A stretch of 64,000 nt of DNA from Calditrichales bacterium (GTDB lineage: Bacteria; Calditrichota; Calditrichia; Calditrichales; J004), in NCBI GenBank assembly GCA_965267575.1, contig OZ254086.1, forward strand, positions 2,400,001 to 2,464,000, read 5' to 3'. Of this stretch, positions 36,854 to 47,297 are shown piece by piece. The notes beneath the pieces are model-generated. The model did no database searches. It worked only from the letters and a program-made list of their open reading frames with translations, and had not been told where the DNA came from. Position numbers and translations under genes: made by a program. Within the stretch, counting starts at the first letter, position 1. Each line of letters begins with the position of its first letter.

Positions 36854-39800
36854 ATGTTGCGCCAAACCTTCCGTTTTGCATTGCCGGTTTTTCTCGCTGC
36901 CGCACAGCTTCTGTGGGCGGGACGCTGGCATGAAGTGTATAACGACCAGAACAGTGGCATTATAAACGCCGTTGCAGCCACGGATTACGATTTTAACAAA
37001 ATGTACGCCGTGGGCGATGATGGCCGCTTCTGGCAAACTTTTGACGGCGGCCACTGGTGGGAGGAGCGCGGCACACCCACCTCTGAGCACCTGCATGATG
37101 TGGTGACTTTTTTTGGGGAAACGGATGATGTTGTTATTGCCGTGGGAGACAACGGCACTTTGTTGCATTCCGCGGATGGCGGCCATTTCTGGACTCCGCT
37201 AAGTGCGCCCGCTGCTGTTGATTATTTTTGTGTGGAATTTGATTTCTACAATGGCCTTATCTGGATCGGCGGGGAAAACGGCGCGCTTTACTACTCCGAT
37301 GACGAAGGCCAGAGCTGGCAGAGTGTAACCCTGGGCCTCGCTTATGACGTTGTTGATCTTGCTTCCTCAAATGACGGCCTGTTTGTGGCGGGTGTTATGG
37401 GCGATACATCCTATGTACAGCATGTTTTGCCTTTTGTGCAAACACCCCTGCCGCTGCTTCCCGGTGACACACTGGCGGACACGCGGATTGAAGCAATCAC
37501 CCGGCTGGATAGCATGATTTTTATAGGTGCCAATGCCACGGATGGCAGCGACGTGCAGATTCTTTCACGCTTGTTTGACGGCTCCTCTCTTGGTTTACCG
37601 CAACTGCTGGCTGCTCCGCAATCAAGCGATCTCACTGATCTGACCGGGCTCAATTACTGGAAAAGCGACGGGCAGGGCAGCGTGCTTGTTCAGCGCTTGT
37701 GGTACGCAACCGATGAAGGGCAGATCCTGGAGTCGGCCGACGGCGCAATCAGCTGGCAAAAGGTATACGAGGACCCGCAAAAGCGCAGCCTCTACAGTAT
37801 CGTTGCCAACGCTAGTAGCACGCTGGAACAGGGCCAGGCGGTGGCTGCAGGTGAAGACTTTTTTACGCTCAGGCGCAGCTTTGAATTACTGCATATACAT
37901 CCCTATAAGAATGACCAGGTGCATTATCCGCTTTCCGGACTGGAAGTGCAGTTCAGCGCGGTTCCCGTTCTTGCCGATGTTAACAGCAACATTGTTGTGG
38001 AAAGCTCGGTGCGCGGAAGGCTGGCTTTCGACGCCGTGTATGATTTTGATGATTCTACCAGAGTATTTCTGGATGTACCGGATCAGGGTTTTGGGCGGCA
38101 TATTCCCGGTGAAACCTGGCGTGTCTCGGTGGCCCCTTCCATAAAAGAGCTTACGCCCGATCCCTTTCCCGCCGGCATAGAAGCCTTTACGTATGAGGTC
38201 ACCTTTGTCCCGCAAAATGCAGGCGCCATGGCTTTTGAAATTTCGGCTGTTCAGGAACTTTCCGCCGGCAGCGTAAGCGCCGCCACAGTGGGCTTTTTTG
38301 ATGACGATGACAGACCGGAAATAGCGGCCTGGCATGGTGACAGGCTGGCATTATACACGTTTAACAAAGACGGTTCCGTAAAGGATACCTATGAGCAGAA
38401 TTTTTCGTTTTCACTGTCCGTGGATAATTCCATTGAACAGCAGCTTTTAAGCAGCGACGTAAACCTCGACGGTAGAAATGATATCCTTCTCTTCGATAAC
38501 AATGAGGCGCAGCTTCTTATCAACCAATCGGATGGCGGCTACGCGTTTAGCGAAGGCATGAATTTCAACTCGGCAAACATTCGTCAAATGGCATTTTTAC
38601 AGGCCGACGATGATCCGCGTCCCGATCTGCTGGTGCTGAATGATACGCTTTACCTGCGCATGAATATCGACGCGGGCAACAGCGGCACACACACTGTTGT
38701 GGTGGAGACACAAACCGACGTTACCCGTTTTAAGATAGGTGACGTGGATGTAAACGGCTGGCCTGATATTGTAGCCATCACATCGGATGGCGACCTGCGC
38801 TATTATCCGCATTTTGGTTATGGCAGCTTTAATATGCCCACTTCCCATTTCCAGGGTGTTTCCTACCGCGATATCCTGCTGGCCGACCTGGACCGTGATC
38901 ATCAGCTGGAAGTACTGGCCTTGCGCGACAATGACCTGGACATCTATCGCACCGATTTTACAAACGGACCAGACCTGATGCTCGACCCCGTATCGCCTGT
39001 GGGGCCTGGCGCCGGCACGCTGATCGATGCATTTGCCGTACAAGAATTTGGCGGTTACCGCGATGATTTCAGCGGTGAGCCGTTTATGGATGTGATGCTG
39101 TTTACCGAGGACCGGCGTCTTACCGTCCTCGAAAATATCGGCGGACATGGTGCTTTAGCTTTTAAAGAGGTAAGCGGCGATTCATTGAATCTGCCATACA
39201 AAGCGTGGCGGGTGACTTCAGCAGATAATGACGGGGATGGTTTTCTGGATATTTTTGTGCACAATATGCAGAACGATTCTATCACGCTGATTGTAAACTC
39301 CACGTACACCCCTGCAATCACCACGCTGGAAACGAACGAAACGGGTGTGCGCGTCGGCTGGCAATCTTTCCCTGCTGACCTGGGCTCGTTCGAATTTTAC
39401 AGACTTTATCGCGACAGCACCGGTCCGGAAATGCACAATCCCGAAATCATTGAATTTAACGCTGTCGATGATACCACATTTCTGGACCGTGGCACGCGGC
39501 CCTTCCGGGCTTACTGGTACGCGGTGGAGGCAATCTTTGATGCCGGTCAGGTCACCGAGCGCTCGCTGGTGCGGCAAATCGATCTTATCCGTAAGCTGGG
39601 CGGTGAACTGAGCGGGACGTTGAGCGATACCGTGAATGGCATGTGGGTGGACAGCGCGCTCGTTGTGCCGCCGGGTCAAACGCTGCGCATCGAAGAAGGT
39701 GTGAGATTCAGTTTCGCGCCGGGTGCGTTTTTGCAGGTAGACGGCAGTCTTGTGGGTCGTGGCAGCGAGCGCAAAATGGTCGGCTTCTGGCGCAACCATG

Positions 39801-42800
39801 ATGACTTTGGCTACTGGAAAGGCATCATCGCAGGAGCTACGGCGGACAGTGTTTCGCTGCACTGGTTCTCCCTGGAAGGTGCGGAAACCGCCATTGCCAG
39901 CGAGGGTGCTTCGGTCTCTTTAACGCTGGGCGGGATAGAAGATAATCTTAGCGGCCTGCATTTAAATAATGCCGCGCTGACCATGAAAAACGTCAACTTT
40001 GATTCCAACGCCACGGCTATTAGCCTGGCCGGTACCAGCGTTGCCAATATCAAAAACATTAACATTTTGCGCAGCCTGAGCAGCGGACTGGAGGCCGGCA
40101 CCGGCACGACCGTCAATCTGAGTAATTCCATTCTTTGGGCCAATCCCGTTTCCGTGAGCAGCGCGGCCGGCAGCAACGTGTCCGTGCGCTACTCCACGGT
40201 GGATAGCATCAACGGACCGGCCGATGTTTTTTCGGTTTCGAAATTGCCGCCATTATTCAACGACGCGGACACGGCTTACTTCCAGCCGCTGTTGATGTCG
40301 CCGACCATTGACGCGGGCGACCCGGCTGATAATTACAGCATGGAGCCGCTGCCAAATGGCAAGCGCGTAAACCAGGGGCTGTACGGGGGAACCTTTTTTG
40401 CTACACCGACCTTTCAGCCAAAGCTGACCATCCTGCAGGATTCGCTCTCTTTTTCGGCGCCGCTGGGCGGGGCCGATACGCTTAATCTTCGCCTGCGCAA
40501 CACCGGTAATGTGCCGCTGCAACTGAACTCTGTCACAGTCGCTGATCCGGCTGCCTTCCGCGTTTCAGCACCGGGCACAACCGTGGGTGCCGGCGAAAGC
40601 AGCATCATACGCATCATTTTCCGGGCTTCGGAGCGCGCCGTCTACCACGACAAGCTGGTTATTAACAGCAGTGATCCGCACGCTCCCGTAAAGACAATCG
40701 ACCTGCGCGGTGATGTTACAAACCGGCTGCCTTACTTTGTGACCAACCCGGCTACGCAGGCGCGTGTGGGGCAGTTTTACAGCCAGCCGCTGGAAGCGCG
40801 CGATGATGACGGCGATGAACTGAGTATTACAATTTTACAATCGCCGCAATGGCTCGGGCTAAACGCAGATGCGCTGGAGGGAACACCGGCGCTGGGTGAT
40901 ACCGGCACGCACGCCGTTTCGGTTCAGGCGCAGGATGTGCTGGGAGGAACTGGCCGTCTGGATTTCGATGTGCATGTGACATTTATTAACGGTGCCCCGC
41001 AGTGGAGTGTGAGCGATACGCTGCTTGTCAACGAGGATGAAAGCGCTGTTTTCGACCTTGCGGAATTCGTAAGTGATGACGACACGGCGCCCGACCTGCT
41101 GCGCTTTGAGGTAACGGCTGTCAGCGATTCCCAAAATATAAAGTATGCATTGGATAAATCCGCGCTGAGCATATCTCCGGCGGCGGACTATTTTTCCGAG
41201 GAAACAGATTGGCTGCGCGTTTCGGCGACCGACGCCGGCGGACTGAACAGTGTGGGGCAGCTTTTCCTGGTGGTTACGCCGCAGAATGATGCGCCGCGCT
41301 TTACGGCGCTGCGGGACACCGTTTTGTACACACATTTGGAATACCGCCGCACCTGGCCGGTCAGCGAAGTGGACGGCGATCTTTTAACCTTTGCGGATAA
41401 TACAAGCCTATTTAATATCAATGACGCGGGGCAGATTGCCTTTACGCCGACTTTGCAGGATACGGGTGCTCATGAGGTTGTTTTGTCGGCAAGTGACGGA
41501 TTTTTCACAGTCTCCGATACGGTCATCTTTAGTATCATGCCCAACGTGGTTCCAGCGCCGGAGACGCTTTTTCTCTCGGCCAGGGACCGGGCCATCGATC
41601 TCTCTTTCCGCGTGCATCCGTCGGAGTTTTACAGCGGCACGATCGTCGTAATTTCCGGGGAAGCTGCCGTGAATGCGCCGGACCAGGGACTGCTGACGCT
41701 GGATACGGTCTTTGCCGTCGCCGACTCCGCTGTTAACGCGAATGTCGCCATCGACGACCTGGGCATCAACCGCCGCTATTATGTGAGCGTTTTTAATTAC
41801 TATGACGAAAACGGCGTGATTTATTCGCGGCCAATTCAGGGACAAATTCAGACACCGGCGCCACGCCTGGTGCTGCCCGAACGCAGCAGCCGTTTTGTCT
41901 TGCCGGTTAACAAAACGCAGACCGCCGCCATTAAAGTTAAAAATGATGGCGGGGGCACGCTGCAGGGCAAGTGGATCTACACACCCGACTCACTGACACA
42001 GGTATGGTTCCATGCCGATACGGCCGGTCGTGCGATCGCCCCGGGAGACTCGGCCGAATTTGAAATCAACCTGCACCCCAACAAATACATGCCGCGCGGC
42101 AACAGGCAGGTTACGCTGGCTTTTGTCAGCAATGATCCGCTGCAGCAAGGCGGGGCGACTTTCAGCGTGGTGCTGGAACCCATTTTTGATGATTTCGCGC
42201 CACGCGTGGTCTGGCAATCGCTTCCGGACAGCATCCTGCGCCAATCGGCTTTGGTGGCGCACTACGCCCTGGACGATACCAGCGGCAGGCCTATTGGTGA
42301 TCCGCCGGCAGCCCTGCAATCGGCCTGGCGTTTACAAAAACTAGATGGCGACATTGTAGCTGCCACGGACAGCAGCAGCGACCTTGCCGCGCGCGTTTAC
42401 CCGCTTGAAGACGGTGTTTACCGCCTGACCGTTTGGGGTTTTGATTCCGAAGGCAATGGCGTGGACGCCTCGTCGGCCAGCCACTTTGCTTTTCGCGTAC
42501 AGGCTTCAGCGATCGTTTTACCGGCAAAACGCTGGCTGCTGGTGGGTCTGCCCAGACCGCACGAAGGGACCTGGCAGCAATTCAGCGATTCCACGCGGCG
42601 CTTGTATAAGTGGGACAATGCCGAGGAACGCTACCTGACCGACAGCGAATTTGCCAGCTCAACAGCCGTGGATGGCCAGGCGGTATGGATGATCAGCGAA
42701 CGCCCGGTTCCGGTTGACATGAGCGGGCACAGGCAGCCCGGCGCGCAGGATACGCTGGCGGTCGACATTGTTACCGGATGGAACCAGGTAGCCGTGCCGG

Positions 42801-43810
42801 TGAGCTACAGCACCTTCTGGAAAAAGATGCTTTTTCAGCCGCAGGGCCAGCAGGCCGTGACCCTGGAGCAGGCCGGAAGAGACGGGTTGGTCACACCGGC
42901 CGTTTACTGGTATCAATACAAAGATGACAGGCAGGGCTATGATTGGGCTGCGCTGGATTCTGCGTACAGCATGCCCTGGCGCGGGTTCTGGCTGCAAAGT
43001 ACAACGCCCGGCAGGTTATACTTCACCACAGAGGCCGCTGATCTTTTTGAAATGCGCAAGGCCAACGCCATTGTCGGGCTGGCAAAAGGACAATCCGCGC
43101 AAGGCTGGCGCCTTAATCTGACCCTCGAAAACGATAGCTATATAGACAAGGGCAACGTGATTGGCGAAGGGGGCAGCTTTATGCAACAGCGCATTGAAGA
43201 GCCGCCGCACTTTGGCAGCTACTGCGCTCTTAGCATAACATCAAACGGCAAAAACTGGACCCAGGATATCCGCGAACAGAGCGGCGATGTGCACAAGTGG
43301 GCGCTGCGGGTAAGCTCCCAGGAAGCATCGCGGGAACATCTTATCTACTGGAATCACCGCGTGCTTGAAGAACAGGGTGTTTTTCTTTTCCTTGTTGATC
43401 CGCGCAACGGAACGGCCATAGAGATGAACAGCGAGAGCAGCTACCGCTTTACGCCATCCCGCGAGACAGTGGCATTTGAAATTTACGCGTCCTACGATCC
43501 TGCCTTTGAACCGGTGATCGTTCCCGAAACATTGCGCCTGGAGCAGAACTATCCCAATCCTTTCAATCCGGCCACAACGATTCGTTTTGCCGTACCGGGC
43601 AGTGACGCGCAGAATGTGCGCCTGGAAGTATTCAATACCTTGGGCCAGCAGGTGGCTGTTTTAACTGACAAAAAATACAAGCCCGGCTATCATGACCTGC
43701 AATGGAAGGGTGTTGACCACAGTGGCCGACCATTGCCGGCCGGCGTTTATTTCTACCGCTTAAAGGCCGCTGGCAACCAGCTTGTGCGCAAGATGGTGCT
43801 GTTGAAATAA
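36854..43810 (+). CDS. Giant secreted multidomain protein (Ycf48/BNR propeller, FG-GAP repeats, FN3, beta-helix, Ig/cadherin-like, C-terminal sorting domain)
   Basis: Signal peptide; SxDGGxxW; DVNLDGRND/DLDRDHQLE; SPTIDAGDP; DDDGD cadherin-like; LEQNYPNPFNP...GVYFYRL...KMVLLK. Confidence 0.88.
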   Translation: MLRQTFRFALPVFLAAAQLLWAGRWHEVYNDQNSGIINAVAATDYDFNKMYAVGDDGRFWQTFDGGHWWEERGTPTSEHLHDVVTFFGETDDVVIAVGDNGTLLHSADGGHFWTPLSAPAAVDYFCVEFDFYNGLIWIGGENGALYYSDDEGQSWQSVTLGLAYDVVDLASSNDGLFVAGVMGDTSYVQHVLPFVQTPLPLLPGDTLADTRIEAITRLDSMIFIGANATDGSDVQILSRLFDGSSLGLPQLLAAPQSSDLTDLTGLNYWKSDGQGSVLVQRLWYATDEGQILESADGAISWQKVYEDPQKRSLYSIVANASSTLEQGQAVAAGEDFFTLRRSFELLHIHPYKNDQVHYPLSGLEVQFSAVPVLADVNSNIVVESSVRGRLAFDAVYDFDDSTRVFLDVPDQGFGRHIPGETWRVSVAPSIKELTPDPFPAGIEAFTYEVTFVPQNAGAMAFEISAVQELSAGSVSAATVGFFDDDDRPEIAAWHGDRLALYTFNKDGSVKDTYEQNFSFSLSVDNSIEQQLLSSDVNLDGRNDILLFDNNEAQLLINQSDGGYAFSEGMNFNSANIRQMAFLQADDDPRPDLLVLNDTLYLRMNIDAGNSGTHTVVVETQTDVTRFKIGDVDVNGWPDIVAITSDGDLRYYPHFGYGSFNMPTSHFQGVSYRDILLADLDRDHQLEVLALRDNDLDIYRTDFTNGPDLMLDPVSPVGPGAGTLIDAFAVQEFGGYRDDFSGEPFMDVMLFTEDRRLTVLENIGGHGALAFKEVSGDSLNLPYKAWRVTSADNDGDGFLDIFVHNMQNDSITLIVNSTYTPAITTLETNETGVRVGWQSFPADLGSFEFYRLYRDSTGPEMHNPEIIEFNAVDDTTFLDRGTRPFRAYWYAVEAIFDAGQVTERSLVRQIDLIRKLGGELSGTLSDTVNGMWVDSALVVPPGQTLRIEEGVRFSFAPGAFLQVDGSLVGRGSERKMVGFWRNHDDFGYWKGIIAGATADSVSLHWFSLEGAETAIASEGASVSLTLGGIEDNLSGLHLNNAALTMKNVNFDSNATAISLAGTSVANIKNINILRSLSSGLEAGTGTTVNLSNSILWANPVSVSSAAGSNVSVRYSTVDSINGPADVFSVSKLPPLFNDADTAYFQPLLMSPTIDAGDPADNYSMEPLPNGKRVNQGLYGGTFFATPTFQPKLTILQDSLSFSAPLGGADTLNLRLRNTGNVPLQLNSVTVADPAAFRVSAPGTTVGAGESSIIRIIFRASERAVYHDKLVINSSDPHAPVKTIDLRGDVTNRLPYFVTNPATQARVGQFYSQPLEARDDDGDELSITILQSPQWLGLNADALEGTPALGDTGTHAVSVQAQDVLGGTGRLDFDVHVTFINGAPQWSVSDTLLVNEDESAVFDLAEFVSDDDTAPDLLRFEVTAVSDSQNIKYALDKSALSISPAADYFSEETDWLRVSATDAGGLNSVGQLFLVVTPQNDAPRFTALRDTVLYTHLEYRRTWPVSEVDGDLLTFADNTSLFNINDAGQIAFTPTLQDTGAHEVVLSASDGFFTVSDTVIFSIMPNVVPAPETLFLSARDRAIDLSFRVHPSEFYSGTIVVISGEAAVNAPDQGLLTLDTVFAVADSAVNANVAIDDLGINRRYYVSVFNYYDENGVIYSRPIQGQIQTPAPRLVLPERSSRFVLPVNKTQTAAIKVKNDGGGTLQGKWIYTPDSLTQVWFHADTAGRAIAPGDSAEFEINLHPNKYMPRGNRQVTLAFVSNDPLQQGGATFSVVLEPIFDDFAPRVVWQSLPDSILRQSALVAHYALDDTSGRPIGDPPAALQSAWRLQKLDGDIVAATDSSSDLAARVYPLEDGVYRLTVWGFDSEGNGVDASSASHFAFRVQASAIVLPAKRWLLVGLPRPHEGTWQQFSDSTRRLYKWDNAEERYLTDSEFASSTAVDGQAVWMISERPVPVDMSGHRQPGAQDTLAVDIVTGWNQVAVPVSYSTFWKKMLFQPQGQQAVTLEQAGRDGLVTPAVYWYQYKDDRQGYDWAALDSAYSMPWRGFWLQSTTPGRLYFTTEAADLFEMRKANAIVGLAKGQSAQGWRLNLTLENDSYIDKGNVIGEGGSFMQQRIEEPPHFGSYCALSITSNGKNWTQDIREQSGDVHKWALRVSSQEASREHLIYWNHRVLEEQGVFLFLVDPRNGTAIEMNSESSYRFTPSRETVAFEIYASYDPAFEPVIVPETLRLEQNYPNPFNPATTIRFAVPGSDAQNVRLEVFNTLGQQVAVLTDKKYKPGYHDLQWKGVDHSGRPLPAGVYFYRLKAAGNQLVRKMVLLK

Positions 43811-43851
43811 GGAAATATTTCCTAAACGTAATAGTCAGAAGCAAGAAATAG

Positions 43852-43888
43852 AATCCCTGTCGTCTAACCATGGTCGGCAGGGATTTTT
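43852..43888. terminator. Terminator hairpin between convergent genes
   Basis: AATCCCTGTCG / CGGCAGGGATT stem with T run. Confidence 0.7.
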
Positions 43889-43903
43889 ATATAAAATCAG
43901 AGT

Positions 43904-44635
43904 TTAGCGGAGAGTACGCAGTACTTTTATAGCGTTTTTGTTTTTTGGGTTAAGTTGCAGTGATTTATTGTAGTGCACCCGCGCGTTGCTGCTGTCTCCG
44001 CTTGCCAGGTAAGCTTCGCCCAGGCTGTCATGCACATTTGCCGATTGCGGATAAAACTTGGCATTCAGCTTAAATACAGCCAGGGCATCGCCGACGCTTT
44101 GCTCCATAACGCGGTAGCCAAAATAATTCAATGAGCCTTCACCGAAATCAAAAGTAAAACCGCCATAATAGCGTTTCCTGAGTTCGCCATATTTATCCAG
44201 CGCCGCTTCAAGTCCCTGCTCTTCATAGCTTTCCAGCAACACCAGGTAAAGATGCTTTGGCTCTTTGTAGCCGCGGTGGCAGGTCATACAGGCAACACCT
44301 GTTGCTTGCGGGTCGTGCCGCCTTACTTCTCCGATAAATCTATCGTTGATCAGCCGTGTCATTTTAATCATTTCGCGGGCAATTTTCTTTTGCGGCTTGG
44401 CATCCGAAGCAAAATCTATCTGTTCAAGTTTTTTGCCTTTACTGTCGTCGTGGCAATGGTTGCAGCGTACACCAAGCGATGTGCTGAACGCGATCATCTC
44501 TCTCTTCAGATCATCTGCACTGATGGAATCGCTGAAAACCTGCAGGTTCTTGCGTTCCATATCCCACGAAAATTGGGCCTGGAGAGGGGAGATCAAGTTT
44601 ACCGCCAGACCACACATTACAATGATTTTCAACAT
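43904..44635 (-). CDS. Exported diheme c-type cytochrome with C-terminal TPR
   Basis: ATG 44635 with SD GGAGG; CNHCH and CMTCH; NVHDSLGEAY...YNKSLQLNP TPR. Confidence 0.87.
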   Translation of the reverse strand: MLKIIVMCGLAVNLISPLQAQFSWDMERKNLQVFSDSISADDLKREMIAFSTSLGVRCNHCHDDSKGKKLEQIDFASDAKPQKKIAREMIKMTRLINDRFIGEVRRHDPQATGVACMTCHRGYKEPKHLYLVLLESYEEQGLEAALDKYGELRKRYYGGFTFDFGEGSLNYFGYRVMEQSVGDALAVFKLNAKFYPQSANVHDSLGEAYLASGDSSNARVHYNKSLQLNPKNKNAIKVLRTLR

Positions 44636-44645
44636 CGGTCCTCCT

Positions 44646-46421
44646 TTATTTTGTAAGCACCATTTTTTTGCTGAAAGTAAGGCCATCTGCGCTAACCCTG
44701 TAAAAGTAGATGCCACTGGGCAGATTAACCGCGTTAAAAACAAAACGATGGGTTCCGGCGCTCTTAAATCCATCAAACAATGTCGCTACCTTTTGCCCGT
44801 TCAGGTTAAATACGTCAAGCTGCAGCTTAATATGTTTGCCCGCGCTTTCCGGAATTGTAAGCTCAATTGTTGTGGAGGGGTTAAAGGGGTTAGGCCAGTT
44901 TTGCCGTAATGAAAAGCCCTGTGGCAATACCGTTTTACTTTGCTCAATCGAGGTGACGGCTCTCGTTAACAGACCACCTTCTTCCAGGATGTAAAAGTCA
45001 TTTGCTTCAACAGCCGTAAACGTCTGTTTTAAACCGGAAGGCCATTCAACTATGATGCTGTCAATCTGGGTGGCGGCTCCAAGCCCGAAGTGGACGCGGT
45101 TGTCATTCTGGCTGTTGTAGCCATGCTGGGCGTTTATCTCCCGCATCTGCCATACAGGCCGGTCGTTAATGGCTGCCTTCAAACGAATCTTTGTTCCAAT
45201 GGCTGAGGCGTTTGATTGCCTGCCGTAATGCTTTATCTGGATCCAGTTATTTCCTATAGTTTCATTGCGGTAAAGCGTGTTATTGTTGCCACCGCGGTTG
45301 GCTACAAAAAGATCCAGGTCCCCATCGTTGTCGTAGTCGGCCCAGGCCGAAGCCATGGAATTTTCAACGTCGTTAACGATCGCGCCATCCGATAGCTTAT
45401 TGAATGCATAATCCGGATAGCCGCTGTTTTCATAAAGAAAATTCTTGTTGTCGCTCCAATTACTTACAAACAAATCCAGGTCGCCGTCGTTGTCAAAATC
45501 GATAAAGCTGCCCGAGATTGACATGCTGTTTTCGTTGACGACCTCCCCGGAGCGAATGGGCGTTAGCGAGCCATCGCCGTTGTTTACATAGAGATCGTTT
45601 ACAAAATTAGCCTGGTTAGCCACAAAAAGGTCCTGCCGGCCATCGTTGTTAAAATCTCCCCACGTTGCGCCCATCGAGGCGCGTTTGTCTGTCGTAATTG
45701 CGCCACTGTCCAGCTTACTAAACGAGCCGTCGCCCCGGTTTATGTAAAACAGGTTTGTTTTTCCAGCCGAACCGGCATTTGTGACCATAAGATCGCTGTC
45801 ACCATCGTTATCAAAATCGGACCAGGCACAGCCTATTGATGTATTGGTTTCTTTCGTAGGGTGGCCTTCGTTCATTTTACTAAACGTGCCCACGTTGTTG
45901 GAGTAGAGGAATGACGGAGCAAAAAAATTGGTCACGAAAAGGTCGATATAACCGTTGTTATCGAAGTCCGTCCAGCCTGCCGAATTGGAATTGCCACCAT
46001 CAGTAACAATAGCGTTATCGGCTATTTGCTGAAACTGAAAATTCCCATGGTTCAGGTACAAAAAATTGTTTTGATTGTCGCGGTTGGCTACGGCAATATC
46101 ATCCAGACCATCGTTATTGTAATCCGCGATCGTCGCGCCATTGGATCTGCTGTTGCCGTTGACGATCTGGCCCTCCTGCAAAGCGCTGAAGGTTCCGTCA
46201 CCATTATTCATGTACAGGAAATTATCGGCGTTTTTGCCGGAAGCGCCGCCATTGGATATAAACAAATCGCTGAAGCCGTCATTGTTAAGGTCGGCCCAGG
46301 CTACCCCAAACGATTCGCCGCCATCTGTAACATGCGGACCTTCTGCTATTTTGGTGAAGCTTTGCGCGTTCAGAAATCCTATCTGGGAAAAGAACAATAT
46401 TAAATGACAGAGCCGCTTCAT
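44646..46421 (-). CDS. Secreted FG-GAP/CRTAC1-like protein with ASPIC/UnbV and C-terminal sorting domain
   Basis: Repeated DFDNDGDLDLFV; HFGLG..IVEWPSG; QNWPNPFNP...KMVLTK. Confidence 0.9.
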   Translation of the reverse strand: MKRLCHLILFFSQIGFLNAQSFTKIAEGPHVTDGGESFGVAWADLNNDGFSDLFISNGGASGKNADNFLYMNNGDGTFSALQEGQIVNGNSRSNGATIADYNNDGLDDIAVANRDNQNNFLYLNHGNFQFQQIADNAIVTDGGNSNSAGWTDFDNNGYIDLFVTNFFAPSFLYSNNVGTFSKMNEGHPTKETNTSIGCAWSDFDNDGDSDLMVTNAGSAGKTNLFYINRGDGSFSKLDSGAITTDKRASMGATWGDFNNDGRQDLFVANQANFVNDLYVNNGDGSLTPIRSGEVVNENSMSISGSFIDFDNDGDLDLFVSNWSDNKNFLYENSGYPDYAFNKLSDGAIVNDVENSMASAWADYDNDGDLDLFVANRGGNNNTLYRNETIGNNWIQIKHYGRQSNASAIGTKIRLKAAINDRPVWQMREINAQHGYNSQNDNRVHFGLGAATQIDSIIVEWPSGLKQTFTAVEANDFYILEEGGLLTRAVTSIEQSKTVLPQGFSLRQNWPNPFNPSTTIELTIPESAGKHIKLQLDVFNLNGQKVATLFDGFKSAGTHRFVFNAVNLPSGIYFYRVSADGLTFSKKMVLTK

Positions 46422-46479
46422 AATATCCTCCTTTGTTTAAACGAGGATATGATCGAAGGTGGTACGCTCAAACGCGCAA

Positions 46480-46511
46480 GTGACAGACGCGCCGGTTAAT
46501 GTTATGGACGG
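46480..46511 (-). promoter_or_regulatory. LytTR-type direct repeat upstream of the FG-GAP/cytochrome operon
   Basis: CCGTCCATAAC and GCGTCTGTCAC, 21 bp apart (minus strand). Confidence 0.5.
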
Positions 46512-46529
46512 AAAAAAAGGTGGGATAAT

Positions 46530-47297
46530 CTACCTGATAAGCCGGTTCAGATTGTCACGATAACTTTTACCGCTTACAACTTCAGCACCGGATTTAAGAA
46601 TGATTTTATAACTGCCGCTGAACCAGTTTACGATTTCTTTTATGCTTTTTATTCTGACAATAGCCGAGCGCTGAACCCGAATAAATTCGGCGGGGTCAAG
46701 TTTCTGCTCCAGGTTTTTTATTGTCTCGCGGATCAACTCTTCCCGGGCACCAACGTGCAGCTTTATGTAATTGCCTTCAGCTTCAAACCAGTCCACTTCC
46801 TGCGCTTCCACAAAGCTGATACGTCCGGCATTTTTTATCACAAAACGTTGTACATAATCGGGCTTTTCGTTGCTGCTTAAATGTTGCACGAGGGAAAGAA
46901 TATTCTCGTTAAGCTTTTCGGATGTGCGGGTGAGCAGGCGCTCTTTGGATTTTTTCAGAGCAGTAAAAAAGCGCTCTTTGTCATAGGGCTTCAGCAGATA
47001 GTCCAGGGCGTTTACTTCGAAAGCCTTAAGCGCGAAAGAATCGTAAGCTGTAACAAAGATAACCTCGGGGATTTCATGCTGTGCCAGTTTGGCCAGAACT
47101 TCAAAACCATTTAGTCCCGGCATCTGGATATCCAGGAACACAAGATCCGGCTTCCGTTCAAGAATAGAACGCAGGGCCTCCGTGCCATTGTCGCTTTCTC
47201 CCACTACTGTAATGTCAGCATCATTGCGCAAAAGCTCGCGTATTCTCTCCCGTGCCAGCGGTTCATCATCAATTATCAAAACCCGAATTTTGTTCAT
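46530..47297 (-). CDS. LytTR-family response regulator
   Basis: IIDDEPLAR, FLDIQMP, DYLLKP, FIRVQRSAIV. Confidence 0.95.
   Translation of the reverse strand: MNKIRVLIIDDEPLARERIRELLRNDADITVVGESDNGTEALRSILERKPDLVFLDIQMPGLNGFEVLAKLAQHEIPEVIFVTAYDSFALKAFEVNALDYLLKPYDKERFFTALKKSKERLLTRTSEKLNENILSLVQHLSSNEKPDYVQRFVIKNAGRISFVEAQEVDWFEAEGNYIKLHVGAREELIRETIKNLEQKLDPAEFIRVQRSAIVRIKSIKEIVNWFSGSYKIILKSGAEVVSGKSYRDNLNRLIR

Noticed and set aside
43904..44635. Cytochrome as evidence of photosynthesis
   Set aside because: It resembles the reaction-centre cytochrome c family but has only two hemes plus a TPR, and no photosynthesis genes are nearby.
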